DNA of 64,000 nucleotides, from positions 109 to 64,108 of the forward strand of contig VBCM01000191.1 in assembly GCA_005883675.1 (NCBI GenBank), in the 5' to 3' direction. This document shows, piece after piece, positions 8,354-16,990 of the stretch (position 1 is the first letter of the stretch; every line of letters begins with the position of its first letter). This stretch comes from Betaproteobacteria bacterium (GTDB taxonomy: Bacteria; Pseudomonadota; Gammaproteobacteria; Burkholderiales; SG8-39). The notes beneath the pieces were generated by a model. It saw only the letters and a program-made list of their open reading frames with translations, was not told the origin of the DNA and searched no databases. The position numbers were made by a program, and so were the translations under genes.

Positions 8354-9218
8354 GCTTCGTCTCTAGCGCCTCGCGGGTCGGCGCGGTGATGATGCTTTTC
8401 ATGCCGAGCTTCTCGACATTTACCCGCATCATGGCGCGCCGGTTCTCGCAGGTCGCCATCCACTTGGCACCGACCAGCGCCGGCGCGGCGAGCACCTTGG
8501 CCCCCTCGGCGCCGAAGCGCGCGAGCTCCGCTTCGACGCTCTCGCGGCTCGGCCCGGAGATGATGAACTGCGTGCCGGCATCGGAGATGGTCGCCGGGCC
8601 CTGCGCGGCGGGCGCGGCTGCCGGCCGGCGCTGCGCGCGCAAGCGCTGATGCGCCTCGGCGGCACGGCGCGCGACGCGTACTGCGGGGTTCACGGCGAAT
8701 ACTTCATGGGTGCGGGCGTGCTTGTCGGTGCGACCGCCGATCGCCTGGAAGATGGTCGCGTACTCGCCCGAGAGGAGCTGCACCACGTCGTAGAACGTGC
8801 GCGAGACGAAGAGCTGGCCCGCGGCGGCGAACGACATAATGCGCTGGGCGACGTTGATACCGTCGCCGATGACGTTCTCCTGGCCGTTGATGTCGCGGCT
8901 CACGTGCACCGGGCCCATGTTGATGCCCATGCGCACCGGCAGCTCGCCGACGTTGTCGAACACCGAGAGGGCGGCGAACAGCGCGCGCTCCGGATTGCCG
9001 AGGAACGCGACGGCGGCACCGTCGCCGGTATCAATGACCACGCGCTCGCGCGCCTCGGTATCCTGCAGCGCCGCCGACAGCACGTCGTTGAAGCTCTGCT
9101 TGAGGCGGATCTGCTCGGTGACGCCGAAGCGCGAATAGCCGGCGATGTCGACGAACAGCACGCTTGCGATGAGCGTGCGGCTGTCGCTCGGCGGCGTCTC
9201 GGCAGGTTCGGTACTCAT
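8262..9218 (-). CDS. class III adenylate/guanylate cyclase domain protein with C-terminal tandem repeat of an unknown ~45-aa domain
   Basis: 318 aa. Cyclase motifs VLFVDIAGYS, IDTGDGAAVAF, GINMGPV...GDGINVAQRI. The C-terminal half contains two related segments, each ending W(M/T)A(T/V)C. Confidence 0.8.
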   Translation of the reverse strand: MSTEPAETPPSDSRTLIASVLFVDIAGYSRFGVTEQIRLKQSFNDVLSAALQDTEARERVVIDTGDGAAVAFLGNPERALFAALSVFDNVGELPVRMGINMGPVHVSRDINGQENVIGDGINVAQRIMSFAAAGQLFVSRTFYDVVQLLSGEYATIFQAIGGRTDKHARTHEVFAVNPAVRVARRAAEAHQRLRAQRRPAAAPAAQGPATISDAGTQFIISGPSRESVEAELARFGAEGAKVLAAPALVGAKWMATCENRRAMMRVNVEKLGMKSIITAPTREALETKLKELLGFGARLDGEIELVEGMWTAVCDHPS

Positions 9219-9244
9219 CGCGGCGTCATGTTAGCCGCGATCGG

Positions 9245-10594
9245 CTAGCGCATGCCAGGAAGCACGCCCTTCAGGTTGCGCATCATGCGCTGGAGATTGC
9301 CGCCCTTCATCATCTTCATCATCTTCTGCATCTGCTCGAACTGGTTGAGGAGCTGATTGACCGCCTGCACCGGCACGCCGGCGCCGGCGGCGATGCGGCG
9401 CTTGCGCGAGGCCTTGATGAGCTCCGGCTTCGCGCGCTCCTCGCGCGTCATGGAATTGATGATGCCCTCGATGCGCTTCAATTGCTTGTCGTCGGCGAGC
9501 TTCGCCGGATCGACCTGGCCCGCAAGCTGCGCCGGCAGCTTGTCGATGAGCGAGGCCACGCCGCCCATCTTCTTCATCTGCGCCACCTGCTCCCTGAAGT
9601 CCTCGAGGTCGAAGCCCTTGCCCTTCTTCACCTTCTCGGCGACGCGCTTGGCGCTCTCGAGGTCGATCCTGGCGTGCGCCTCCTCCACCAGCGACAGGAT
9701 GTCGCCCATGCCGAGGATGCGCGCCGCCATGCGCTCCGGGTGGAACGGCTCGAGGCCCGAGAGCTTCTCGCCGACGCCGGCGAACTTGATCGGCTTGCCG
9801 GTCACGTGGCGCACGGAGAGTGCCGCGCCGCCGCGCGCATCGCCGTCGAGCTTGCTCAGGATCACGCCGGTCAGCGGCAGCCGCTCGTTGAACGCGCGCG
9901 CCACGTTGACGGCGTCCTGGCCCTGCATCGCATCGACGATGAAGAGCGTCTCGATCGGCAGAAGCGCCGCATGCAGCTCGGCGATCTCGCGCATCATCTG
10001 CTCGTCGATCGCCAGGCGTCCCGCGGTGTCGACGATCAGCACATCGATGTAGTGCGTGCGCGCGAATTCCAGCGCGCGCCGCGCGATCTCGACCGGCTGC
10101 TCGCCCGCGGCGGAGCTGATGAACTGTGCACCGGCTTGCGCCGCGACGGTCTTCAACTGCTCGATCGCGGCCGGCCGGTAGACGTCGCAGGAGACGAGCG
10201 CGACTTTTTTCTTCTGCGCGACGAGCGCTCGCGCGAGCTTGCCGCTGGTGGTGGTCTTGCCCGAGCCCTGCAGGCCCGCCATCAGGATCACGGCGGGCGG
10301 CTGCGTCGCGAGGTCGAGCGGCGCGTTCGCTTCGCCCATCAGCGCGCTGAGCTCGCGATGCACCACGCCGACCAGCGCCTGCCCCGGCGTCAGGCTGCCG
10401 ATCACGTCCGCGCCGAGCGCTTTCGCGCGCACCGCCTCGATGAAGTGCTTCACCACGGGCAGCGCGACATCGGCTTCCAAGAGCGCAATGCGCACTTCGC
10501 GCAGCGCTTCCTGGATGTTCGCTTCGGTGAGGCGCGCTTCGCCGCGAACGTGCTTCACGATGCCGGCGAGGCGCGCGGTCAGATTCTCGAGCAT
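9245..10594 (-). CDS. ffh: signal recognition particle protein Ffh
   Basis: 449 aa. NG domain (GLQGSGKTTT, DTAGRL) and Met-rich M domain (QMQKMMKMMKGG). Confidence 0.97.
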   Translation of the reverse strand: MLENLTARLAGIVKHVRGEARLTEANIQEALREVRIALLEADVALPVVKHFIEAVRAKALGADVIGSLTPGQALVGVVHRELSALMGEANAPLDLATQPPAVILMAGLQGSGKTTTSGKLARALVAQKKKVALVSCDVYRPAAIEQLKTVAAQAGAQFISSAAGEQPVEIARRALEFARTHYIDVLIVDTAGRLAIDEQMMREIAELHAALLPIETLFIVDAMQGQDAVNVARAFNERLPLTGVILSKLDGDARGGAALSVRHVTGKPIKFAGVGEKLSGLEPFHPERMAARILGMGDILSLVEEAHARIDLESAKRVAEKVKKGKGFDLEDFREQVAQMKKMGGVASLIDKLPAQLAGQVDPAKLADDKQLKRIEGIINSMTREERAKPELIKASRKRRIAAGAGVPVQAVNQLLNQFEQMQKMMKMMKGGNLQRMMRNLKGVLPGMR

Positions 10595-10632
10595 TGGACC
10601 AAGGTCGAAACTTCAGGTGATAAACTGAAGAG

Positions 10633-11454
10633 GTGCCCGACATTGTAATTCACGGGATCGCAGCCGCTGCGTACCTGTGCCTCGCGTGGCACTTCTGGAA
10701 CACCCGCTGGCGCGCGGGCGCAGCGGCGCCGCAACTGCGCGCCTGGGAGCGCGCCGCGATCCTCGTGCCACTCGCGCTGCAAGCGCTGGCGCTCTATCCG
10801 GAGATCTTCGCCGCGCGCGAGCTGCGCTTCGGCTTCGCGCAGGCGCTCTCGGTGATGATGTTCCTCGCCGTGCTCATGTGCTGGATCGAGGGCTTCTTCT
10901 TCCCGGTCGACGCGCTCTACTTCATCCTGCTCGCCGCGAGCGCGGTGTGCGCGCCGCTGCCGGCGTTCTTCGCCGGGCGCGTGAGTCCAGACGCGGTGTC
11001 GTTCGAGTTCCGCCTGCACCTCGTGGCGGGCATGCTCGCCTACAGCCTCTTCACCGTGGCAATGCTGCATGCGCTGCTCATTGCGCGGGTGGAGAGCCGC
11101 CTGCATGAGGCGAGCGCCGGGCTGGACGGACCGCTCGGGCGCCTGCCGCCGCTGCTTTCGCTCGAGCGGCTGGTGTTCGCGCTGATCGGCGCCGCGTTCG
11201 TCGTGCTCACCGTGACGCTCGCCCTCGGCATCGCGTACTCCGAGGCGTTCATCGGCCGCGCGATGCGCTTCGAGCACAAGACGGTGTTTGTCGTGCTCTC
11301 ATGGCTGATCTTCGGGCTGCTGCTCGTGGGGCGCTGGCGCTACGGCTGGCGCGGGCGCACGGCGCTGCGCTGGACGGTGAGCGGCTTCGTCGCCCTGATG
11401 CTCGCCTACCCGGGGAGCCGCTTCGTGCTCGAAGTGCTGCTGCACCGCGCCTGA
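10633..11454 (+). CDS. cytochrome c assembly family inner membrane protein (YpjD-like)
   Basis: GTG start, 273 aa, about 8 TM helices. Divergent from ffh and followed by a CorC-type gene, as in the E. coli ffh/ypjD/yfjD arrangement. Confidence 0.7.
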   Translation: MPDIVIHGIAAAAYLCLAWHFWNTRWRAGAAAPQLRAWERAAILVPLALQALALYPEIFAARELRFGFAQALSVMMFLAVLMCWIEGFFFPVDALYFILLAASAVCAPLPAFFAGRVSPDAVSFEFRLHLVAGMLAYSLFTVAMLHALLIARVESRLHEASAGLDGPLGRLPPLLSLERLVFALIGAAFVVLTVTLALGIAYSEAFIGRAMRFEHKTVFVVLSWLIFGLLLVGRWRYGWRGRTALRWTVSGFVALMLAYPGSRFVLEVLLHRA

Positions 11455-12749
11455 TGCCCGAGATCCCGCTCGGCTGGATGTTCGGCGCGCTCGGCGTGCT
11501 GCTCGCGCTCTCCGCGTTCTTCTCCATCGCCGAGACCGCGATGATGGCGTTCAACCGCTACCGTCTGCGCCATCTCGTGGCCCACGGCCACGTCGGCGCC
11601 GCCCTGGTCGCCGACCTCCTGAAGCGCACCGACCGCCTGCTCGGCGGCATCCTCATCGGCAACACGCTCGCCATCACCGGGGCAACCACGGTGGCCGGCT
11701 TTATCGCGGCGCATCTTTTCGGCGAGGAGCGCTGGGTGGTTTTCCTGACGCCGATCGCGGTCGGCTTCGTCATCATCGTGTTCGCGGAAATCACTCCGAA
11801 GGTGTTTGGCGCCACGTACCCCGAGCGCACCGCGTTGCTTCTCGTGTACGTGCTCAAGCCGCTCATGTGGCTGCTGAACCCCGTCACGTGGTTCGTGAAC
11901 CTGTTCGCGCGGCCGCTGCTCCTCGTGCTCGGCATCCGGCCCGGCCGGCCGAGCGACGAGCCGAAGCTCTCGCCCGAGGAAATCCGCACGCTGGTGCTCG
12001 AGTCCTCGAGTTTCATGCCGAAGAAGCACCTCTCGATCCTCGTCAACCTGTTCGACGTCGGCGCGATCACCGTGCAGGACATTATGGTGCCGCGCGCGCG
12101 CATCGAGTCGGTGTGTCTCGAGGACGGCATGCAGACCGTGTCGCGCCAGCTCGCCACCACCTATCACCGGCGGCTGCCCGTGTTCCGCAATCACGAGGGC
12201 GACATCGCCGGCATCCTGCACGTGCGCAGGATCCTCGGCGCGCTGCACGCCGGCTCGCTCGACGAGCAGGCGCTGCTCGCCGTGCTGGAGGAGCCCTACT
12301 ACGTCCCGGCGAGCACTTCGGCGCTCGCCCAGCTGCAGTACTTCCAGGAAAACCGCGAGCGTCTCGCCCTCGTGGTGGACGAATACGGCGAGCTCATGGG
12401 GCTCGTGACGCTCGAGGACATCATCGAGGAGATCATCGGCAAGTTCACCACCACGCTGCCCAGCGCCCTGCCGCTCGCCTGGGACGAGAACGGCAGCGCC
12501 ACCGCCGAGGGCGCGATGCCGGTGCGCGAGGTGAACCGCGCGCTCGGACTGTCGCTTCCGACCGACGGTCCCAAGACGCTGAACGGCTTGATCGTTGAAC
12601 ATTTGCAGGAAATCCCGGAGGCGGATGTCGCCATCAAGATCGGCAACGTGCCGATGGAGATCGTCCATGCACAGGGGCGCACGATCAAAACCGTGAGGAT
12701 TTTCCGCCCGCTCGCGGATGTAGAAAGTACAGAGACCTCAGTGGCTTAG
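11454..12749 (+). CDS. CNNM/DUF21-CBS-CorC_HlyC family transporter
   Basis: Internal ATG (TGATG overlap with upstream stop). SAFFSIAETAMMAFNRYRLRHL (DUF21), CBS pair, C-terminal CorC/HlyC transporter-associated domain. Confidence 0.85.
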   Translation: MPEIPLGWMFGALGVLLALSAFFSIAETAMMAFNRYRLRHLVAHGHVGAALVADLLKRTDRLLGGILIGNTLAITGATTVAGFIAAHLFGEERWVVFLTPIAVGFVIIVFAEITPKVFGATYPERTALLLVYVLKPLMWLLNPVTWFVNLFARPLLLVLGIRPGRPSDEPKLSPEEIRTLVLESSSFMPKKHLSILVNLFDVGAITVQDIMVPRARIESVCLEDGMQTVSRQLATTYHRRLPVFRNHEGDIAGILHVRRILGALHAGSLDEQALLAVLEEPYYVPASTSALAQLQYFQENRERLALVVDEYGELMGLVTLEDIIEEIIGKFTTTLPSALPLAWDENGSATAEGAMPVREVNRALGLSLPTDGPKTLNGLIVEHLQEIPEADVAIKIGNVPMEIVHAQGRTIKTVRIFRPLADVESTETSVA

Positions 12750-12819
12750 AGCGGGAACTTCAGGCTTTACAAAGACTGCTGCCACGGGCATCATGCTCGC
12801 CGGCAGGGAGGGATTTGCA

Positions 12820-14046
12820 ATGGCAACCGTAGCAGTGCCTGTAGCAAGAGGGCCGAAGGACTTCGTCTACAGCTGGGAGGGCCGCGACAAAGCCGGCAAG
12901 ACAGTCCGTGGCGAGCTCCGCGCCGTGAGCGAGGCGGCGGTGAACGCGACGCTTCGCCGCCAGGGCATCATGGTGCGCAAGGTCAAGAAGCAAAAGCGCG
13001 GCTCGGGCGGCAAGGTCAGGGAAAAAGACATCTCGCTCTTCACGCGCCAGCTCGCGACGATGATGAAGGCGGGCGTGCCGCTCTTGCAGTCGTTCGACAT
13101 CGTCGGCAAAGGCGCCAGCAATCCCGCGGTGGCGAAGCTGCTGCTCGAGATCAAGACCGACGTCGAGACCGGCTCTTCGCTCGCCGCCGCATTCCGCAAA
13201 TATCCACTGCACTTCGACGCGCTGTTTTGCAACCTGGTGGCCGCCGGCGAGCAGGCCGGCATTCTCGAGTCGCTGCTCGACCGCCTGGCGAGCTACAAGG
13301 AAAAGATCCTCGCCATCAAGTCGAAGATCAAGGCCGCGCTGTTCTATCCGATCGCGATCATCGCGGTCGCCTTCATCATCACTGCGGTGATCATGATTTT
13401 CGTGATCCCTGCCTTCAAGCAGGTGTTCACGAGCTTCGGCGCCGATCTGCCTGCGCCGACGCTCTTCGTCATGGCGGTCTCCGACGCCTTCGTGCAGTAC
13501 TGGTACATCATCTTCGGCGTCGTGGGCGGCGGCATCTACGGCTTTTTCGCCGCCTGGAAACGCTCGCTCGCGGTGCAGATCTTCATGGACCGGCTCATGC
13601 TGAAGGTGCCGGTGTTCGGCGATCTCGTCAGGAAATCGTCGATCGCGCGCTGGACGCGCACGCTCTCAACCATGTTCGCGGCCGGCGTGCCGCTGGTCGA
13701 GGCGCTCGACTCGGTGGGCGGCGCCGCCGGCAACTACGTGTACGCCATGGCGACCAAGCAGATTCAGGGCGAGGTGTCCAGCGGCACCGCGCTCACCGCC
13801 GCCATGCAGAACACCAATGTCTTCCCCAACATGGTGCTGCAGATGGTCTCGATCGGCGAGGAAACCGGCGCGCTCGACGGCATGCTCGGCAAGGTGGCCG
13901 ACTTCTACGAGCAGGAGGTCGACGACGCGGTCGAGGCGCTCTCCTCGCTCATGGAGCCCATGATCATGGTGGTGCTCGGCACCCTGATCGGCGGTATGGT
14001 GATCGCCATGTACCTGCCGATCTTCAAGATAGGACAGGCTGTCTAG
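12820..14046 (+). CDS. pilC: type IV pilus assembly platform protein PilC (GspF family)
   Basis: ATG at 12820, 8 nt after GGGAGGG. Duplicated GspF domains (FTRQLATMMKAGVPLLQS / WTRTLSTMFAAGVPLVEA). Confidence 0.9.
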   Translation: MATVAVPVARGPKDFVYSWEGRDKAGKTVRGELRAVSEAAVNATLRRQGIMVRKVKKQKRGSGGKVREKDISLFTRQLATMMKAGVPLLQSFDIVGKGASNPAVAKLLLEIKTDVETGSSLAAAFRKYPLHFDALFCNLVAAGEQAGILESLLDRLASYKEKILAIKSKIKAALFYPIAIIAVAFIITAVIMIFVIPAFKQVFTSFGADLPAPTLFVMAVSDAFVQYWYIIFGVVGGGIYGFFAAWKRSLAVQIFMDRLMLKVPVFGDLVRKSSIARWTRTLSTMFAAGVPLVEALDSVGGAAGNYVYAMATKQIQGEVSSGTALTAAMQNTNVFPNMVLQMVSIGEETGALDGMLGKVADFYEQEVDDAVEALSSLMEPMIMVVLGTLIGGMVIAMYLPIFKIGQAV

Positions 14047-14047
14047 C

Positions 14048-14911
14048 GTGGCGTCGTTCGGCTGGCTCGCACAGCCAGCCGTCCTTCCCTGGCTCGCGCT
14101 GCTATTCGGGCTGTGCATCGGCTCGTTCCTCAACGTTGTCATCTACCGCCTGCCCAAGATGATGGAGCGCGAATGGCGCGCCGAATGCGCTGCGCTTGCG
14201 GGCGAGGCACCGCCGCAGGAGCCGCCGCTGAATCTCGTCACGCCGCGCTCGCGCTGCCCGGCCTGCAGCCAGCCGATCGGCGCGCTCGAGAACATTCCGC
14301 TCCTGAGCTGGATCGCGCTGCGCGGCAAATGCTCGCGCTGCGGCGCGCGCATCAGTGCGCGCTATCCGCTGGTCGAGCTGCTGGCCGGCGTCGGCGCCGC
14401 CTACTCGTTCTGGCGTTTCGGCCCCACGCTCGCCGCGACGGGCGCGGCGCTTCTCGTATGGTTCACGATCGCGCTCGCCTTCATCGACCAGGAGACGGGC
14501 CTCCTGCCCGACGATCTGACCCTGCCGCTCGTATGGATCGGCCTCCTCGTCAACCTAGGCGGTGCATTCGTGCCGCTTGGCGAGGCGCTGATCGGGGCGG
14601 TCGCCGGCTATCTCGCGTTGTGGCTCGTGTACTGGGCCTACAAGCTCGCCACCGGGAAAGAGGGCATGGGCTACGGCGACTTCAAGATGAACGCGGCGGT
14701 CGGGGCTTTTCTCGGGTGGAAGATGCTGCCGCTCGTGATACTCCTTTCTTCGCTGGTGGGTCTCGTCTTCGGCGCGGTGCAGATGTTCGCGGCGCGCGGC
14801 CGCTTCGATGCCGGCTTTCGCTTTCACTTCGGGCCCTATATCGCGATCGCCGCGCTGATCGCGCTTTACTGGGGCGCGCCGATCCTGCACTGGTACGTCG
14901 AGCGGCTGTGA
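14048..14911 (+). CDS. pilD: prepilin peptidase / N-methyltransferase PilD (A24 family)
   Basis: GTG start, 287 aa. Cys cluster CPACSQP...CSRCG and GMGYGDFK active-site motif. Confidence 0.92.
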   Translation: MASFGWLAQPAVLPWLALLFGLCIGSFLNVVIYRLPKMMEREWRAECAALAGEAPPQEPPLNLVTPRSRCPACSQPIGALENIPLLSWIALRGKCSRCGARISARYPLVELLAGVGAAYSFWRFGPTLAATGAALLVWFTIALAFIDQETGLLPDDLTLPLVWIGLLVNLGGAFVPLGEALIGAVAGYLALWLVYWAYKLATGKEGMGYGDFKMNAAVGAFLGWKMLPLVILLSSLVGLVFGAVQMFAARGRFDAGFRFHFGPYIAIAALIALYWGAPILHWYVERL

Positions 14912-15519
14912 GCTTCGTGGTCGGCCTCACCGGCGGCATCGGCAGCGGCAAGAGCGCCGCCGCCGACGAATTCGCCCGCCTCGGGGCCACGGTGGTCGAC
15001 ACAGACGCGATCGCGCACGAGCTGACCGCGCCCGGCGGCGCGGCGCTCGGGCACATCAAGGCGCTCTTCGGCGAGGCGTTCATCACGCCAAGCGGCGCGA
15101 TGGATCGCGACGCAATGCGCAACCGCGTGTTCAGCGATCCGCAAGCGAAGCGTGCGCTAGAGCAGCTCCTGCACCCGATGATCCGCGCCGAGGCCGAGCG
15201 GCGCAGCGGCGCGGCGCGCGGTCCATACGTGATCTATGTCGTGCCGCTGCTCGTGGAATCCGGCGACTACCGCAGCCGCGTCGACCGCGTGCTGGTAGTG
15301 GACGTGCCCGAGGCGCTGCAGCTCGAGCGCGTGCGCACCCGCAGCGGCCTGGCCGAGCGCGAGGTGCGCGCGATCATGGCGCAGCAAGTCCCGCGTGCCG
15401 CGCGCCTCGCCGCGGCCGACGACGTGATCGACAACAGCGGCGCGCTGGAGGCGCTGCGCGCCCAGGTGGCGGCGCTGCACGCGCGTTACCTGAAGATGAC
15501 TTCGCAGGCGCGCGCGTAG
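14908..15519 (+). CDS. coaE: dephospho-CoA kinase
   Basis: GTG start overlapping the pilD stop (GTGA). [14 protein letters not shown]-loop. pilD-coaE-zapD-yacG synteny. Confidence 0.92.
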   Translation: MSFVVGLTGGIGSGKSAAADEFARLGATVVDTDAIAHELTAPGGAALGHIKALFGEAFITPSGAMDRDAMRNRVFSDPQAKRALEQLLHPMIRAEAERRSGAARGPYVIYVVPLLVESGDYRSRVDRVLVVDVPEALQLERVRTRSGLAEREVRAIMAQQVPRAARLAAADDVIDNSGALEALRAQVAALHARYLKMTSQARA

Positions 15520-15522
15520 GTT

Positions 15523-16341
15523 GTGCCGGTCAACCAAATCGCGCAGAATCCGCCCAGGTTTTTTCGCCTGGCGAGCCGTTTGATCACCTACGAGTATCCG
15601 CTGAACGAGCGCATCCGCACGCTGCTGCGGCTCGAGGACCTGTTCGAGCGCTCGCGGCATTTCATCGCGCGCAGCGACGCGCACGACCACCACATGGCGC
15701 TGCTCACGCTGTTCGAGATCCTCGAGGTGGTGAGCCGCGCCGATCTCAAGTCGGACCTGTTGCAGGAGCTCGAGCGCCAGAAGCAGGTGCTGCTCGGTTT
15801 CCGCAACAATCCCGACATCGCGCAGGACGCGCTCGCCGCCGTGCTGCGCGACATCGAGCGGGCGGCGGCCGCGCTTTTCTCGATGACCGGCAAGATCGGC
15901 CAGTACCTGCGCGAGAACGACTGGCTGATGTCCATCAAGCAGCGTACCGCCATTCCGGGCGGCGCCTGCGAGTTCGACCTGCCCTCCTATCACTACTGGC
16001 TGCACCGTCCGGCGGAGGAGCGCACCGGCCAGCTCGCCGCCTGGACCGGGCCGCTTTACCCGCTACGCGACGGCTCCGCGATCATCCTGCGGATCCTGCG
16101 CGAGTCCGGCCGGGCGCAGCAGCTCACCGCCCAACAAGGCATGTACCAGCAGATGCTCGGCGGCAAGACCGCGCAGATGCTGCGGCTGCGCCTCGCTCCG
16201 GCGCTCGCCTGCGTGCCGGAGATCAGCGCCAACAAATACGTGCTCAACATCCGCTTTCTTTCCCAGAACGGCGAGGAGCCGCGCTCGCAGCGCACCGCCG
16301 AGTCGGACGTTCCTTTCGAGCTCACCTTCTGCAACCTGTAA
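15523..16341 (+). CDS. zapD: cell division protein ZapD
   Basis: [21 protein letters not shown]... is the ZapD signature. The true start may be the TTG at 15580 rather than the GTG at 15523. Confidence 0.88.
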   Translation: MPVNQIAQNPPRFFRLASRLITYEYPLNERIRTLLRLEDLFERSRHFIARSDAHDHHMALLTLFEILEVVSRADLKSDLLQELERQKQVLLGFRNNPDIAQDALAAVLRDIERAAAALFSMTGKIGQYLRENDWLMSIKQRTAIPGGACEFDLPSYHYWLHRPAEERTGQLAAWTGPLYPLRDGSAIILRILRESGRAQQLTAQQGMYQQMLGGKTAQMLRLRLAPALACVPEISANKYVLNIRFLSQNGEEPRSQRTAESDVPFELTFCNL

Positions 16342-16526
16342 AGCACGTCCCCTGCCCGCGCTGCAGCCAGCCGGCGCCTTTTGGTCCGCAGAACAACTGG
16401 CGGCCCTTTTGCAGCGAGCGCTGCAAGCTGATCGACCTCGGACTGTGGGCGAGCGAGCGCTATCGCGTGGGCGGCGATGACGCGAAGGCCGACGAGCCTC
16501 GCTCTCCCGAGGAGGACGACCGCTAG
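16329..16526 (+). CDS. yacG: DNA gyrase inhibitor YacG (zinc finger), start codon uncertain
   Basis: Absent from ORF track. My translation [44 protein letters not shown]...* matches YacG (CPxC...RPFCSxRCxxIDLGxW). No ATG/GTG/TTG is nearby in frame, only a CTG at 16329. Confidence 0.78.
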   Translation: MQPVKHVPCPRCSQPAPFGPQNNWRPFCSERCKLIDLGLWASERYRVGGDDAKADEPRSPEEDDR

Positions 16527-16598
16527 CCGAGACCAATAGCGGCACGCCGCTTGCAGAGCAGGACGTCGCAGTTCCTTCCGTCACTTAGAGGAGATGCG

Positions 16599-16952
16599 AT
16601 GATCATGAATCCGAAAATCGTTACTGCCGCGGCGCTCTTGGCTCTCGGGGCGGTCGCCTGCTCGAGCAGCAGCACGACCAGTAGCTCCGGAAGCAGCGGC
16701 ACCGGCGCCAGCGCAACCCCATCGGGCAGCACTGGCTCCGCAGCGAGCGGCACCAGCAGCTCGAGCGCAACCGGCTCGACGAGCGCGAGCGGCGGGACCA
16801 GCACGCCGAGCACGACCAGCACGCCGAGCGCGTCCGGTACGACGGGCAGCGACACGGCCAGTGGCTCGGCAAGCGGCAGCGCGAGCGGCACGGCAAGCGG
16901 CTCCTCCGCGCCGGCTTCGTCGGATAGCGACACCCAGCAGAAAAAATACTAG
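16599..16952 (+). CDS. Ser/Thr/Gly-rich low-complexity lipoprotein
   Basis: ATG at 16599 after AGGAG. Signal peptide and lipobox LALGAVAC, followed by about 95 residues made almost only of S, T, G and A. Confidence 0.6.
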   Translation: MIMNPKIVTAAALLALGAVACSSSSTTSSSGSSGTGASATPSGSTGSAASGTSSSSATGSTSASGGTSTPSTTSTPSASGTTGSDTASGSASGSASGTASGSSAPASSDSDTQQKKY

Positions 16953-16962
16953 GCGCAAGACC

Positions 16963-16990
16963 GCCGCCGGGCTCGTCCCCGGCGGCTCTT
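16963..16990. terminator. GC-rich hairpin between convergent genes, possible bidirectional terminator
   Basis: GCCGCCGGG-ctcgtc-CCCGGCGGC, 9-bp stem (16963-16986), followed by TCTT. Lies between the lipoprotein stop and the mutT-like stop. Confidence 0.4.

Noticed and set aside
5105-9244. The Mla-like/cyclase insert as a mobile genomic island
   Set aside because: There is no integrase, transposase, tRNA or flanking direct repeats, and no visible compositional shift relative to the neighbours.
16523-16958. Minus-strand Leu/Pro/Val/Ala-rich and Arg-rich ORFs opposite the S/T-rich lipoprotein; also considered a repeat array or CRISPR-like structure
   Set aside because: They are complements of the Ser/Thr/Gly codon runs, with no start context. 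The DNA repeats are short and imperfect and lack a spacer-repeat architecture.
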